A DNA stretch of 64,000 bases, taken from assembly GCA_963746535.1 (NCBI GenBank), contig CAVVBP010000012.1:448503-512502 (forward strand), given 5' to 3'. This stretch comes from Vicinamibacterales bacterium (GTDB lineage: Bacteria; Acidobacteriota; Vicinamibacteria; Vicinamibacterales; JAMQPK01). The notes under the pieces are model-generated. The model worked only from the letters and a program-made list of their open reading frames with translations. It did no database searches and was not told where the DNA came from. The position numbers and the translations under genes were made by a program. Shown piece after piece: positions 9,138 to 19,013 of the stretch. Each line of letters begins with the position of its first letter. Positions within the stretch are counted from its first letter, which is position 1.

Positions 9138-9373
9138 CGGTCCGGCTCTTTGCGCGGCTGCGCGACATCGCCCGATCGAGCGATCTGTCGCGAGAGGTGC
9201 CGACCGGCGCGACTGTTGCGGACGTCTGGCGGGGACTGGTGGCCGATTTTCCGGAGATGGCCCGCTACGAGTCGTCTGTTTCGTCCGCGGTGAACGCCGA
9301 TTACGCCAGGATGACGGCCATGGTGGCCGATGGCGACGAGGTGGCGTTTCTCCCACCGGTGTCCGGCGGGTGA
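9128..9373 (+). CDS. moaD: molybdopterin synthase sulfur carrier
   Basis: 81 aa, MRVTVRLFA...DEVAFLPPVSGG with a di-glycine end. Confidence 0.93.
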   Translation: MRVTVRLFARLRDIARSSDLSREVPTGATVADVWRGLVADFPEMARYESSVSSAVNADYARMTAMVADGDEVAFLPPVSGG

Positions 9374-9422
9374 AGACGAAAAATTTCTTTTGATCTTCTG
9401 ACCTTCTGTTAAGAAGACAAGG

Positions 9423-10496
9423 ATGCTCGAGAAACTCAATTCCGTTGAAGCGAACTACGAGGAGCTCTCCGCGCTCCTGGCGACCCCGTCCGTTCAGTCG
9501 GACTCCAACGAGTATCGCAAGCACGCGAAAGCGCTCGCCGAGATCGAGCCGCTCGTCGAAAAGTACCGCGAGTACAAAGGCGTCCTCAAGGAGATCGAGG
9601 ACAACCAGGAGTTGGCCAAGGGCGACGATGCGGACATGCGCGAGCTGGCCAGGGAGGAGCTGAAGAGCCTCGACGCCCGGCGCGAGGCCCTGGTCGCCGA
9701 AATCAAGATCCTGCTGATCCCGAAAGATCCGAACGACCAGAAGAACGTGGTGCTGGAGATCCGCGCGGGCACGGGCGGTGAAGAGGCGGCGTTGTTTGCC
9801 TACGAGCTGTACCGGATGTATACCCGGTTCGCGGAGAAACAGGGCTGGCGCGTCGAGATCATGTCGACCAGCGAGAGCGACGTCGGCGGCGTCAAGGAAG
9901 TCATCGCGACCATCGAAGGGCGAGGCGCGTACAGCAAGCTGAAATACGAGAGCGGGGTTCACCGCGTGCAGCGCGTGCCGGCGACCGAAGCGTCCGGCCG
10001 GGTTCACACCTCGACGGTCACCGTCGCGGTGCTGCCGGAGGCCGAGGAAGTAGACGTCCAGATCGACGCCAAGGACCTGCGTATCGACACATTCTGTTCG
10101 AGCGGACCCGGCGGGCAGAGCGTCAACACGACCTATTCGGCCGTCCGCATTACGCACATCCCGACCGGGACGGTGGTTTCCCAGCAGGACGAGAAGTCAC
10201 AAATCAAAAACCGGGCGAAAGCCATGCGCGTCCTGCGCTCGCGGCTCTACGACATGGAGATGCGCAAGCAGCAGGAAGCCATCGCCAAAGACCGCCGCAG
10301 CCAGGTCGGCACCGGCGAACGCTCGGAGAAGATCCGTACCTACAATTTCAAAGAAAACCGCATTACCGATCATCGAGTAAACTTCACGACTCACCAGCTC
10401 GCCGAGGTGTTGAGCTCCGGGGACCTTTCCGAGCTGCTCGACAACGTCACGATGTACTACCAGTCGGAGAAGTTGAAGGAAGCGACGGCCAACTGA
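9423..10496 (+). CDS. prfA: peptide chain release factor 1
   Basis: GPGGQSVN and RVQRVPAT (PxT) motifs. Confidence 0.96.
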   Translation: MLEKLNSVEANYEELSALLATPSVQSDSNEYRKHAKALAEIEPLVEKYREYKGVLKEIEDNQELAKGDDADMRELAREELKSLDARREALVAEIKILLIPKDPNDQKNVVLEIRAGTGGEEAALFAYELYRMYTRFAEKQGWRVEIMSTSESDVGGVKEVIATIEGRGAYSKLKYESGVHRVQRVPATEASGRVHTSTVTVAVLPEAEEVDVQIDAKDLRIDTFCSSGPGGQSVNTTYSAVRITHIPTGTVVSQQDEKSQIKNRAKAMRVLRSRLYDMEMRKQQEAIAKDRRSQVGTGERSEKIRTYNFKENRITDHRVNFTTHQLAEVLSSGDLSELLDNVTMYYQSEKLKEATAN

Positions 10497-10498
10497 AC

Positions 10499-11368
10499 AT
10501 GCTGACCATCCACGACCTGGTGCGTGGCGCGCGCGATCGGTTCGTCACGGCAGGCATCAGCGCCAATTCCGCGAACCTCGACGCCGAGGTGCTCGCGCGG
10601 CGGGTGCTTGGGTGGGACCGCGCGCGTTTCCTCGCCGATCGCGACGAGCGGGCGACAACCGTCTTCCTCCTCAACTACGAACCGCTGGTCGCGCGGCGCG
10701 AGCGCCGCGAGCCCGTGTCGTACATCCTGGGCATGCGGGAATTCTGGGGCATGGAATTCCAGGTCGGCCCCGATGTGCTGATTCCGCGTCCCGAGACGGA
10801 ATTCATCATCGAAGAGACGCTCGCGCGGATTGGCAGCGATACGCGCCCCGTCATCATGGACATCGGCACCGGCAGTGGTTGCATTGCCATCGCCCTGGCG
10901 CGCGAGATACCCGGCGCCCGCGTGATCGCCACAGATGTGTCCCGCAGCGCGCTCGAGATCGCGCGGCAGAACGCCCTGCGGCACGGTGTCGCCGATCAGA
11001 TCCAGTTTATCGAGACGAGCTTTCTCGACGGCATCGACGAGATCGCCGACGTGATTGTCTCGAATCCGCCGTACGTGCCGTCGGTGTCCCAGCCCGGCCT
11101 CATACCGGAAGTGCGCGATTACGAACCGCCGGTGGCCGTGTTTGCCGGCGTGGACGGCCTCGACGGCGTCCGGAGCGTGCTCGAAGCGGCGGTCGCGCGA
11201 TTGGCGTCTGACGGCCTGCTCATCATGGAATTCGGCCTCGGTCAGGACGATGCCGTCACAGCCCTGGTGGACGTTGTCAGCACTCTCGACCTGGTGGCGA
11301 TACGGCACGACCTGCAGGACATCCCGCGCACGGTTATCTGCCGCAGAAATCACGAAGCGCCACGATGA
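10499..11368 (+). CDS. prmC: release factor glutamine methyltransferase
   Basis: VLIPRPETE, DIGTGSG and SNPPY motifs; follows prfA. Confidence 0.95.
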   Translation: MLTIHDLVRGARDRFVTAGISANSANLDAEVLARRVLGWDRARFLADRDERATTVFLLNYEPLVARRERREPVSYILGMREFWGMEFQVGPDVLIPRPETEFIIEETLARIGSDTRPVIMDIGTGSGCIAIALAREIPGARVIATDVSRSALEIARQNALRHGVADQIQFIETSFLDGIDEIADVIVSNPPYVPSVSQPGLIPEVRDYEPPVAVFAGVDGLDGVRSVLEAAVARLASDGLLIMEFGLGQDDAVTALVDVVSTLDLVAIRHDLQDIPRTVICRRNHEAPR

Positions 11369-11715
11369 CGAACGAGGACTGTCTCTTCTGCAAGATCATC
11401 GCGGGCATCATTCCGGTAAAGCCGCTGTACGAAGACGCGGACTTGATTGCGATTCAGGACATCAACCCGCAGGCGCCGCTGCACGCGCTCGTCATTCCAA
11501 AAACACACATTCGATCGCTGAACGACCTGACGCCCGAGCACGATGCGCTCGTCGGCCGCATGTTCAGGCGTGCGGCGGTACTTGCCAGCGAGCGCGGCGT
11601 GTCGAATCTCGGTTACCGGACCGTATTCAACACAGGTCCTCAGGCGGGACAGAGCGTGTTCCACATCCATCTGCACGTGCTCGGCGGCCGTTCGCTGAGC
11701 TGGCCGCCCGGTTAG
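11365..11715 (+). CDS. histidine triad (HIT) nucleotide-binding protein
   Basis: CLFCKII, DINPQAPLH and AGQSVFHIHLH motifs. Confidence 0.93.
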   Translation: MTNEDCLFCKIIAGIIPVKPLYEDADLIAIQDINPQAPLHALVIPKTHIRSLNDLTPEHDALVGRMFRRAAVLASERGVSNLGYRTVFNTGPQAGQSVFHIHLHVLGGRSLSWPPG

Positions 11716-11729
11716 CGGAGGGCCCTCTC

Positions 11730-12419
11730 TCACAGCAGCGAAGGCAGCTCCCTCAAACTCCGAATAACCGGCACGCCCGGGTCCGGCGCGTGGCCACCTG
11801 CGTCGGATCGCCTCACCAGCACGCCTCTCATCCCGATACGCCTCGCCCCTTCGATGTCCTGCGTCAGGCTGTCGCCCACCATCACCGCGTCCGCGGCTCG
11901 CACGCCCGCCAGCTTCAGCGCCGCCTCGAAGATGCTCGGGTGCGGCTTCATGAACCCGTGCTGCGACGACGACACGGCCACGTCGATGAGCCCGTCGAGC
12001 TCGAAGTGCTCCTGGAAAGAGTCGAGGCAACGGTGCGTGTTCGAAATCAAGCCCAGCACGAGGTCGCGCGCGGCGAGCATTTCGAGCGCCTCGAACACGT
12101 CTTCGTAGAGCTGGAAGTGCTGGCAGGCGGCCCATTCCCTATAGATCTCCGCCGCACAGGGCTCCACACCCGCGCCCGATCCGCCCATCGCCTTGATGAT
12201 GTGCGACGTGTAGTCGATGAAGATCTGCGGGTTGTACACCGCATCCTGGTCGCGATCGAGGATATGCGACGCGCTGATCACCGCGTCCGGAAAGCGCGCC
12301 GCATCAACGGCCACACCGTGCCGAGCGCAGAACGCCTCGTACCCTTCACCCTGGAACGCGGGGCCCGGGTAGATGAGCGTGAAATCCACGTCGAAGAAGA
12401 CCGCCGCGGTCTGGTTCAT
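11730..12419 (-). CDS. HAD-family hydrolase
   Basis: FDVDFTL, ISN, KPHPSIF and VGDSLTQD motifs. Confidence 0.9.
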   Translation of the reverse strand: MNQTAAVFFDVDFTLIYPGPAFQGEGYEAFCARHGVAVDAARFPDAVISASHILDRDQDAVYNPQIFIDYTSHIIKAMGGSGAGVEPCAAEIYREWAACQHFQLYEDVFEALEMLAARDLVLGLISNTHRCLDSFQEHFELDGLIDVAVSSSQHGFMKPHPSIFEAALKLAGVRAADAVMVGDSLTQDIEGARRIGMRGVLVRRSDAGGHAPDPGVPVIRSLRELPSLL

Positions 12420-13687
12420 TTCTGATAGGGCCCGGCCACGACGAGCGACGCACGGGCGGTGTCGAGCGTATGCCGCGCCGCGGCATTCACATCGTCCAGC
12501 GTCACCGCATCGAGCAGCGCGGGCAGCCGGACATCGTGGTCGAGGCCGAGGCCGAAGAATTCGGCCGTCTGCAGGAAGGTCGCAATGGCGCCGTTGGTTT
12601 CGAGCAGCCGGGGAATCGATCCGATCAGGTACTGCTTGCAGTCGGCGAGCTCTTCGGGCGCCAATCCCTCCTTCGTCAGACGCGTCATTTCCTCGTCGAT
12701 CGACTTGACGGCGCGATCGACGTTCGAGGGGTTCACGCCCGCACGCACGACGAGCGGCCCCTCGACGACGTTCGCGTCGAACGAGCTGAAGACGTAGTAC
12801 GCCATCCCCTGCCGCTCGCGAATGCTGTCGCCGAGCCGTCCGCCGATGCCGTACTGCCCGAGTGCGTTGTTCATCAGGGTGTAGGCGTAGTAGCGCGGAT
12901 CGCTCCGGACGATCGTGGTGAAGCCGTACGCGATGTCGGCCTGCGCCTTGTTCATCATCGGAATGACCCGCTCCTGTCTGGGCCGATCCGAGGGCACGCC
13001 CGCGAGCGTCACATCACCGGCGGCAGACTTCCTCCATCCGCCGAACACTCTCTCGCCGGCGGCGACGGCGCGCTGGCGATCGACGTCGCCGACGATGATG
13101 ACGGTGGTCGCGGCGGGCGCAAACCGCGCGTCGTGAAATTCCACCAGATCGCTCCGCCCGATTCTCGTTATGCTCTCGAGCGTGCCTTTCGCGGGGCGTC
13201 CGTACGGATGCTGTTCGGGATAGAGCAGGCCGAAGAGCGTCAGCATCGCCATGGCCGCGGGGCTGTCTTCGTCCTGGCGGATGGCGTTGGCGACCTCGCC
13301 TTTCCGCTTCTCGATTTCTTCCTCGGGAAACGCCGGCTGCATGACAATCTCGCCGACCAGCTCGAGCATGGCCTCGAAATCCTCCGCCAGGCATGTGCAG
13401 TTGACCGACATAACGTGGCGGTTGGCGCCGACGCTCAACGACACGCCACGCTCGTCCAGGGCTTCGGCAACCTGCTCGCTGGACTTCTCACGCGTGCCGC
13501 GGTCGAGCACGCGCGACGTCAAGTGGCTCAGCCCGAGCAGCGCATTGGAATCGTAGATGCTGCCCGCTCGCACGCCGACCTGAATCGTGACCGCAGGAAC
13601 CGTGCGCGCTTCCTTGCTGATGACGACGGTGCCATTACCCAGCACGTGTCTGCCGGCGGCGATCCCCTTTTGAAGATCGGTATTCAT
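12416..13687 (-). CDS. M16B peptidase, non-catalytic partner subunit
   Basis: GLSHLTSRVLDRGT (HxxEH lost); RLGDSIRERQGMAY; start set at MNTDLQ. Confidence 0.85.
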   Translation of the reverse strand: MNTDLQKGIAAGRHVLGNGTVVISKEARTVPAVTIQVGVRAGSIYDSNALLGLSHLTSRVLDRGTREKSSEQVAEALDERGVSLSVGANRHVMSVNCTCLAEDFEAMLELVGEIVMQPAFPEEEIEKRKGEVANAIRQDEDSPAAMAMLTLFGLLYPEQHPYGRPAKGTLESITRIGRSDLVEFHDARFAPAATTVIIVGDVDRQRAVAAGERVFGGWRKSAAGDVTLAGVPSDRPRQERVIPMMNKAQADIAYGFTTIVRSDPRYYAYTLMNNALGQYGIGGRLGDSIRERQGMAYYVFSSFDANVVEGPLVVRAGVNPSNVDRAVKSIDEEMTRLTKEGLAPEELADCKQYLIGSIPRLLETNGAIATFLQTAEFFGLGLDHDVRLPALLDAVTLDDVNAAARHTLDTARASLVVAGPYQK

Positions 13688-14967
13688 TCCGCGTCTCCAC
13701 CACTCGGGGTGAACCACCCGACGGTGCGGCGGTCGCTTCGCAGGTACTTCCTGGCCGCCTGATTTACTTCGCTCGCGTTGACGCTGGCGATGCGGCCGGG
13801 TGCATCTTGATACAGGTCGAGGTTGGCCACCGTCTGGAAGTAGCCGAGCTGATGACCGATGTTGGTCACGCTGTCGTTCTCGAACACGAGCCGTGCGCGA
13901 AGCTGGTTTTTTGCCTTGGTCAGCTCGCGCTCGGTGATGCCATGGCTGGCCACCTCGTTCAGCGCGTCCGTCGCCGCCGCTTCGACGTCCTGCAAGCCGA
14001 CGCCTTCCATGGCCGTGGCCGACACCAGGTACAGGAAGGGATGTTCGGTCGGCAGCAACCCCGCGCCAACGCTGGATGCAAGCCGGCGCTCGACCAACGC
14101 GCGATACAGCCGGGCGCTGCGCTGGGGCGGCGGCGTGCGGAAACTGGACCAGAGATTGATGCCCTTGGCCCCGGTGAGGATCGCATCGAGCACGAGCATC
14201 GGAAAGAAATCGGCATCGCCGACCGCCGGCGCATGGTAGGCAAGCTTGAGGTAAGCGGTCGTGCCTTCCCGTGACACCTCCACACGCCGTTCCCCCAACT
14301 GCTCAGGCTCGACCACGTTGACGCGCCGCGGGGCGCCACCCGGTGGAATGCCGCCGAACTGCTTTTCGACCCGGCGCAACACGTCGCCGGTCTCGACGTC
14401 GCCGACGACGACCACGGTGGCGTTGTTGGGAATGTAGTTTCGCCGGTAGTACTGATAAAGATCGTCGCGGCTCATCGTCCGGAGGTCGGACAGCCAGCCA
14501 ATCGTGGGATGGCGATAGGGATGAACCTTGTAAGCGGCGGCAATCACGTCCTGCTCGAGCAGCGTATCCGGATCGTTTTCACTGCCCTGCAGTTCGGAAA
14601 TGATGACGGTTCGTTCCGACTCGCAGTCGTCGGGGTCGTACAGGCAATTGGCCATCCGCTCGGCTTCGATGAAGAGCATCCGGTCGAGGCCGGCTGTTGA
14701 CGCCGTTTCCATGTACGTCGTCTGGTCGATCCACGTATAGCCGTTCCAGCTGCCGCCGAACTTCTCGATGATGCCTTTCACCTGGTCGCGCGGGATGTTC
14801 GTGGTGCCCTTGAAATTCATGTGCTCGACCCAGTGCGATACACCCGTAAGACCGGTGACTTCGTCTTTGGAGCCCACTTTGTACCAGCACCAGACCGACG
14901 CCAGCGGAGCGGTATGCACCTCCTGTACGAGCACCTTCAGCCCGTTGTCCAGAACCGTCGATGTCAT
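13684..14967 (-). CDS. M16B zinc peptidase, catalytic subunit
   Basis: GVSHWVEHMNFKGT (HxxEH); start MTSTVLDNG with TATAAT 9 nt upstream. Confidence 0.9.
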   Translation of the reverse strand: MTSTVLDNGLKVLVQEVHTAPLASVWCWYKVGSKDEVTGLTGVSHWVEHMNFKGTTNIPRDQVKGIIEKFGGSWNGYTWIDQTTYMETASTAGLDRMLFIEAERMANCLYDPDDCESERTVIISELQGSENDPDTLLEQDVIAAAYKVHPYRHPTIGWLSDLRTMSRDDLYQYYRRNYIPNNATVVVVGDVETGDVLRRVEKQFGGIPPGGAPRRVNVVEPEQLGERRVEVSREGTTAYLKLAYHAPAVGDADFFPMLVLDAILTGAKGINLWSSFRTPPPQRSARLYRALVERRLASSVGAGLLPTEHPFLYLVSATAMEGVGLQDVEAAATDALNEVASHGITERELTKAKNQLRARLVFENDSVTNIGHQLGYFQTVANLDLYQDAPGRIASVNASEVNQAARKYLRSDRRTVGWFTPSGGDAE

Positions 14968-15067
14968 ATGCTGTCCATTATAGCGGCCGCTTCGCCCCGC
15001 TTCGGTGAGCGCAACCGGCGAGAATGTATTGGCAAGCTCGTTGCTTTGATAGATTGGGCTGGACGTC

Positions 15068-15550
15068 GTGCGCAAACCATTTCTCGTTGCACTCCTGGCC
15101 GGGACAGTCGCGTTAGCGGCCCAGACGTACGCCCAGTCCGGACGAGGACAGGGCGGTCGCGATGACGACCCGGCTCGTTCTGCCGCACCGCCGAACGCGC
15201 GAACTGTCGTGGTGCCATCGAACGTCGTATGGACCAACACCCGCATCAATGTGACGCGTGGTCAGCACCTGCGGTTCGAACCGTCAGGTGAAATCCGCCT
15301 CAGCTTCAACGGCGAAGACATCGCGCGGGCGTCGGGTGCGACGAAAGCCCGGCACACCGACAGCGCGCCGATTCCGTTGATTCCGGTGGGCGCCCTCATC
15401 GGACGTGTGGGCAACGGACAACCGTTCTCGATCGGCGATACGACCAACGCCCTGAACATGCCAGCGAACGGTCGTCTGTTCCTGGGTGTCAACGACGACC
15501 ACGTCGCCGACAACAGCGGCAATTTCGTCGTCAAAATCTGGGAACCGTAG
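15068..15550 (+). CDS. exported protein with LecA/PA-IL-like beta-sandwich domain
   Basis: Signal peptide; W.NT.I.V..G, GALIGRVG and GRLFLGVNDD..DNSG pattern. Confidence 0.65.
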   Translation: MRKPFLVALLAGTVALAAQTYAQSGRGQGGRDDDPARSAAPPNARTVVVPSNVVWTNTRINVTRGQHLRFEPSGEIRLSFNGEDIARASGATKARHTDSAPIPLIPVGALIGRVGNGQPFSIGDTTNALNMPANGRLFLGVNDDHVADNSGNFVVKIWEP

Positions 15551-15552
15551 GT

Positions 15553-15592
15553 CCCTGCCATTTGCCATAGAGCCATCCAGCCAGAGCCATGG
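15553..15592. repeat. short GCCAT-core tandem repeats before ileS
   Basis: ccctgccatttgccatagagccatccagccagagccatgg; same core as 56388-56445. Confidence 0.55.
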
Positions 15593-15615
15593 CGTGAAGT
15601 ACAATCCAGTATTCC

Positions 15616-18483
15616 ATGGCAGACTGGAAAGACACGCTCAATCTCCCGCGAACAGAGTTTCCGATGAAGGCGAATCTGCCTGTCGCCGAGCCGCAGATGC
15701 TCGCCCGCTGGAACGCGATGAACCTGTATGGACAGCTGCGCGGAGCTCGGGCGGGGAAGCCCAAGTTCGTGCTCCACGACGGCCCCCCGTACGCGAACGG
15801 CAGCATTCACATCGGCACGGCCATCAACAAGATTCTCAAAGAGCTGGTGGTCAAATCGAAATCGATGTCGGGCTACGACGCACCGTACGTCGTCGGGTTC
15901 GATTGCCATGGCCTGCCCATTGAGCTGAAAGTCGACAAAGAGCTCGGGGCAAAAAAGCGCGAGATGAGCGTGGCCGAGTTCTGCCGCGCGTGCCGCGCCT
16001 ACGCCGAGCGCTTCATCGGCACGATGACCGAACAGTTCCAGCGGCTGGGCATCCTCGGTACCTGGGACGCACCCTACCTGACGATGGACTATCGGTATCA
16101 GGCGGCCATCGCCAGGACGTTCGGACGCTTCGTCGAGAAGGGGCTCGTCTACAAAGGCAAGAAGCCGGTGCACTGGTGCATCCACTGCCGCACGGCGCTC
16201 GCCGAAGCCGAGGTCGAGTACGCCGACCACGTCTCGCCGTCGATCTATGTCGAGTTCGCGCTGGCGCCAGAGAGCCAGGCCGAGATCGCGCAGCGGGTAC
16301 CGAAGCTCGCCGGACGGAACGTGTCGGTCGTCATCTGGACGACGACGCCGTGGACGATTCCGTCCAACCTCGCGATTGCCTTTCACCCCGAGTTTGACTA
16401 CGCCGCGTACGATCTCGAGGGTCGCGCCGTCATCATGGCCGAAGGACTCGCGTCCCGAGTGGCCGAGGCGACCGGGCTCGCCTTCGGAGCGCCCGTTGCA
16501 AAAATGAAGGGCGCCGACCTCGAGAAGCTCCGCTTCCGCCATCCGTTGTACGCGCGCGATTCAATCGCGGTGCTGGCCGATTACGTGACGTTGGATGCGG
16601 GCACCGGCGCGGTGCACACAGCGCCCGGACACGGCGCCGACGACTTCGCGACCGGCCAGAAGTACGGGCTCGAGATCTACGCTCCGGTCGGACCCGGCGG
16701 CCATTTCCTCGAGAGCGTCGAGCTCTTCTCGGGGCAGCGTGTGTTCGATGCCAACGCCAGTGTCGAACAGGCGCTCAAGGAACGCAGCCGGCTGCTGCAT
16801 CGATCGAACTTTTCCCATCAGTATCCGCATTGCTGGCGGTGTCATAACCCGGTCATCTTCCTCGCGACGTCGCAGTGGTTTATCCGTATGGACGGCGACC
16901 CCGCAATCGCCGCCGACGGCAAGGCACCGCAAACGCTCCGCGAGGCGGCCATCAGCGCCATCGACAACGACGTGAAATGGATTCCCGCGTGGGGCCACGA
17001 CCGGATCTACAACATGGTGTCGAGCCGGCCCGACTGGTGCATCTCGCGCCAGCGCGTGTGGGGCGTGCCGATTCCGGCGGTGGATTGCACCAAGTGCGGC
17101 GAAGCGATCACCACGCCGGCCCTGGTCGAGAACGCGGCCAGGATCTTCGAAGCCCATGGCGCCGACGCGTGGTACGACCGGCCAGTCGAGGACTTCCTCC
17201 CCTCCGGACTGGCATGTCCGTCGTGCGGCGGGACGACGTTCGCAAAAGAGATGAACATTCTCGACGTGTGGTTCGACTCCGGGTCGAGCCACGAGGCGGT
17301 TCTCTCCGTCAGGCCCGAGCTGACCTGGCCCTCCGACATCTACCTCGAAGGCAGCGACCAGCATCGCGGATGGTTCCAGAGCTCGCTCCTGCTCGGCCTC
17401 GGCACGCGAGGACGTCCGCCATACCGGCAGGTCGTGACCAACGGCTTCGTCATCGACACCGATGGACAGAAGATGTCGAAGTCGATCGGCAACGTCATCG
17501 CTCCGCAGGACGTCATCAATCAGAGCGGCGCGGACGTGCTCAGGCTCTGGGCGGCGATGAGCGACTACTGGGAAGACATTCGCGTGAGCAAGGAAATCCT
17601 CACGCGCGCTTCCGAGGCGTACAGAAAGATCCGGAACACGCTTCGCTATCTCATCGGGAACTTGTACGACTTCGACCCGTCGCGCGATCGCGTGCCCTTC
17701 GACGCACTCGAAGAGGTGGATCGGTACATCCTGCTCCGCTACAGCCAGGTCGCGAAGCAGACGCTCGCCGCTTATGACGCGTACGATTTCAGCACGATCT
17801 TCCAGACGGTGAACGCGTTCACGACCGTCGACCTGAGCGCGTTTTACGCGGACGCCTCCAAAGATCGTCTCTACACCTTTGCGTCCGGCTCGAAAGAGCG
17901 GCGCTCCGCCCAGACGGCGATGTACGTCATCGCAGACGGCCTCGCCCGGCTGCTGGCGCCCATTCTGTCGTTCACGACCGACGAGCTTTGGCAGTACCTG
18001 CCGGGCTCGCGCGAGGAGTCGGTGCACCTGGCGTTGTTCCCCGATGGGGCCTCGCTCGATGCACTGGACGATCCGGCCCTGACGACACGATGGGAACGGC
18101 TGATCGCCGTCCGCGACCAGGTTCTGGCCAAGATCGAGCCGTTGCGCAAGGACAAGCAGATCGGCAGCTCGCTCCAGGCCAAAGTGACGTTGTCTGCGAC
18201 AGGAGACGACCTCGCTCTCCTGAGGTCGCAGGAAGCCCAGCTTCCGATGCTCTTCATCGTCTCCGAGGTCGAAGTGCGCGAAGGGACGCGGGGTGGGGGG
18301 CTGGAAATTTCAATCGATCGTGCCAGGGGCGTCAAATGCGAGCGCTGCTGGCGGTATGTACCCAACGTGTCGTCCGATCCGGCTCGACCCGGTATCTGCG
18401 ATCGCTGCCAGGGCGCACTGGCCGAGACTGTCCCTCGACAAGCTCGGGACACCCTGAGCGTGTCGAAGGGTGTCAACTCGTGA
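15616..18483 (+). CDS. ileS: isoleucine-tRNA ligase (type 1)
   Basis: GPPYANG.IHIGT, DCHGLPIE, WCISRQR, GSDQHRGWF, KMSKS and C-terminal KCERCW zinc finger. Confidence 0.97.
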   Translation: MADWKDTLNLPRTEFPMKANLPVAEPQMLARWNAMNLYGQLRGARAGKPKFVLHDGPPYANGSIHIGTAINKILKELVVKSKSMSGYDAPYVVGFDCHGLPIELKVDKELGAKKREMSVAEFCRACRAYAERFIGTMTEQFQRLGILGTWDAPYLTMDYRYQAAIARTFGRFVEKGLVYKGKKPVHWCIHCRTALAEAEVEYADHVSPSIYVEFALAPESQAEIAQRVPKLAGRNVSVVIWTTTPWTIPSNLAIAFHPEFDYAAYDLEGRAVIMAEGLASRVAEATGLAFGAPVAKMKGADLEKLRFRHPLYARDSIAVLADYVTLDAGTGAVHTAPGHGADDFATGQKYGLEIYAPVGPGGHFLESVELFSGQRVFDANASVEQALKERSRLLHRSNFSHQYPHCWRCHNPVIFLATSQWFIRMDGDPAIAADGKAPQTLREAAISAIDNDVKWIPAWGHDRIYNMVSSRPDWCISRQRVWGVPIPAVDCTKCGEAITTPALVENAARIFEAHGADAWYDRPVEDFLPSGLACPSCGGTTFAKEMNILDVWFDSGSSHEAVLSVRPELTWPSDIYLEGSDQHRGWFQSSLLLGLGTRGRPPYRQVVTNGFVIDTDGQKMSKSIGNVIAPQDVINQSGADVLRLWAAMSDYWEDIRVSKEILTRASEAYRKIRNTLRYLIGNLYDFDPSRDRVPFDALEEVDRYILLRYSQVAKQTLAAYDAYDFSTIFQTVNAFTTVDLSAFYADASKDRLYTFASGSKERRSAQTAMYVIADGLARLLAPILSFTTDELWQYLPGSREESVHLALFPDGASLDALDDPALTTRWERLIAVRDQVLAKIEPLRKDKQIGSSLQAKVTLSATGDDLALLRSQEAQLPMLFIVSEVEVREGTRGGGLEISIDRARGVKCERCWRYVPNVSSDPARPGICDRCQGALAETVPRQARDTLSVSKGVNS
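18432..18474. repeat. REP-like hairpin inserted in frame in the 3' end of ileS
   Basis: ccctcgacaagctcggg-aca-ccctgagcgtgtcgaaggg flanked by a TGTC direct repeat (18429-32, 18471-74). Confidence 0.75.
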
Positions 18484-19013
18484 TGGGTGCGGTTGACGCC
18501 ACGAGACCGCTGGGGACGGGACAACGGTTGGGCCGTATGCCGGAGCTCGTCACGGTTGCCGTCATCGTCGCGCTCGATCAGGCCACCAAGGCTGCCGTCA
18601 GGGCCCGGCTGCCGCTGTATGAGAGCGTGACGGTCATCCCGGGGTTCTTCGACCTGACGCACGTGCGAAACACCGGCGCGGCGTTTGGTATGCTGAACGG
18701 CGTCGACTTCGCGTACAAGCCGGCTGTGATGGTGATCGTCGCGCTGATCGCGCTTGGCGCGGTCGCCAGCTACGCGCTGACCCTGCCGTCAACGCAGCAG
18801 ATAGCGCGCTACGGTCTGGCCTTGATTCTCGGCGGGGCGGTGGGCAACCTCATCGACCGCGCCACAGTGGGTTATGTGGTGGACTTCGTCGACGTGTACT
18901 GGCGGGGCGTTCATTTCTGGGCTTTCAACGTCGCCGACTCCGCGATTACAGTTGGTGTGGTTCTGATGTTGCTCGACGTGCTTGGAGTAGGACGTGTATC
19001 CGAGACTGTTTGA
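18483..19013 (+). CDS. lspA: signal peptidase II (alternative start 18537)
   Basis: LDQATK, NTGAAF, GNLIDR, VVDF and AFNVAD motifs. Confidence 0.93.
   Translation: MGAVDATRPLGTGQRLGRMPELVTVAVIVALDQATKAAVRARLPLYESVTVIPGFFDLTHVRNTGAAFGMLNGVDFAYKPAVMVIVALIALGAVASYALTLPSTQQIARYGLALILGGAVGNLIDRATVGYVVDFVDVYWRGVHFWAFNVADSAITVGVVLMLLDVLGVGRVSETV

Noticed and set aside
8475-10157. Long alternative-frame ORFs (also 26691-28652, 33733-35904, 49253-50938, 18946-20913)
   Set aside because: Antisense or shadow ORFs of well-supported genes in high-GC DNA, with no recognisable motifs.
15551-15615. T-box riboswitch upstream of ileS
   Set aside because: Only 65 bp are available, with no T-box sequence; a -10 box sits 10 nt from the ATG.
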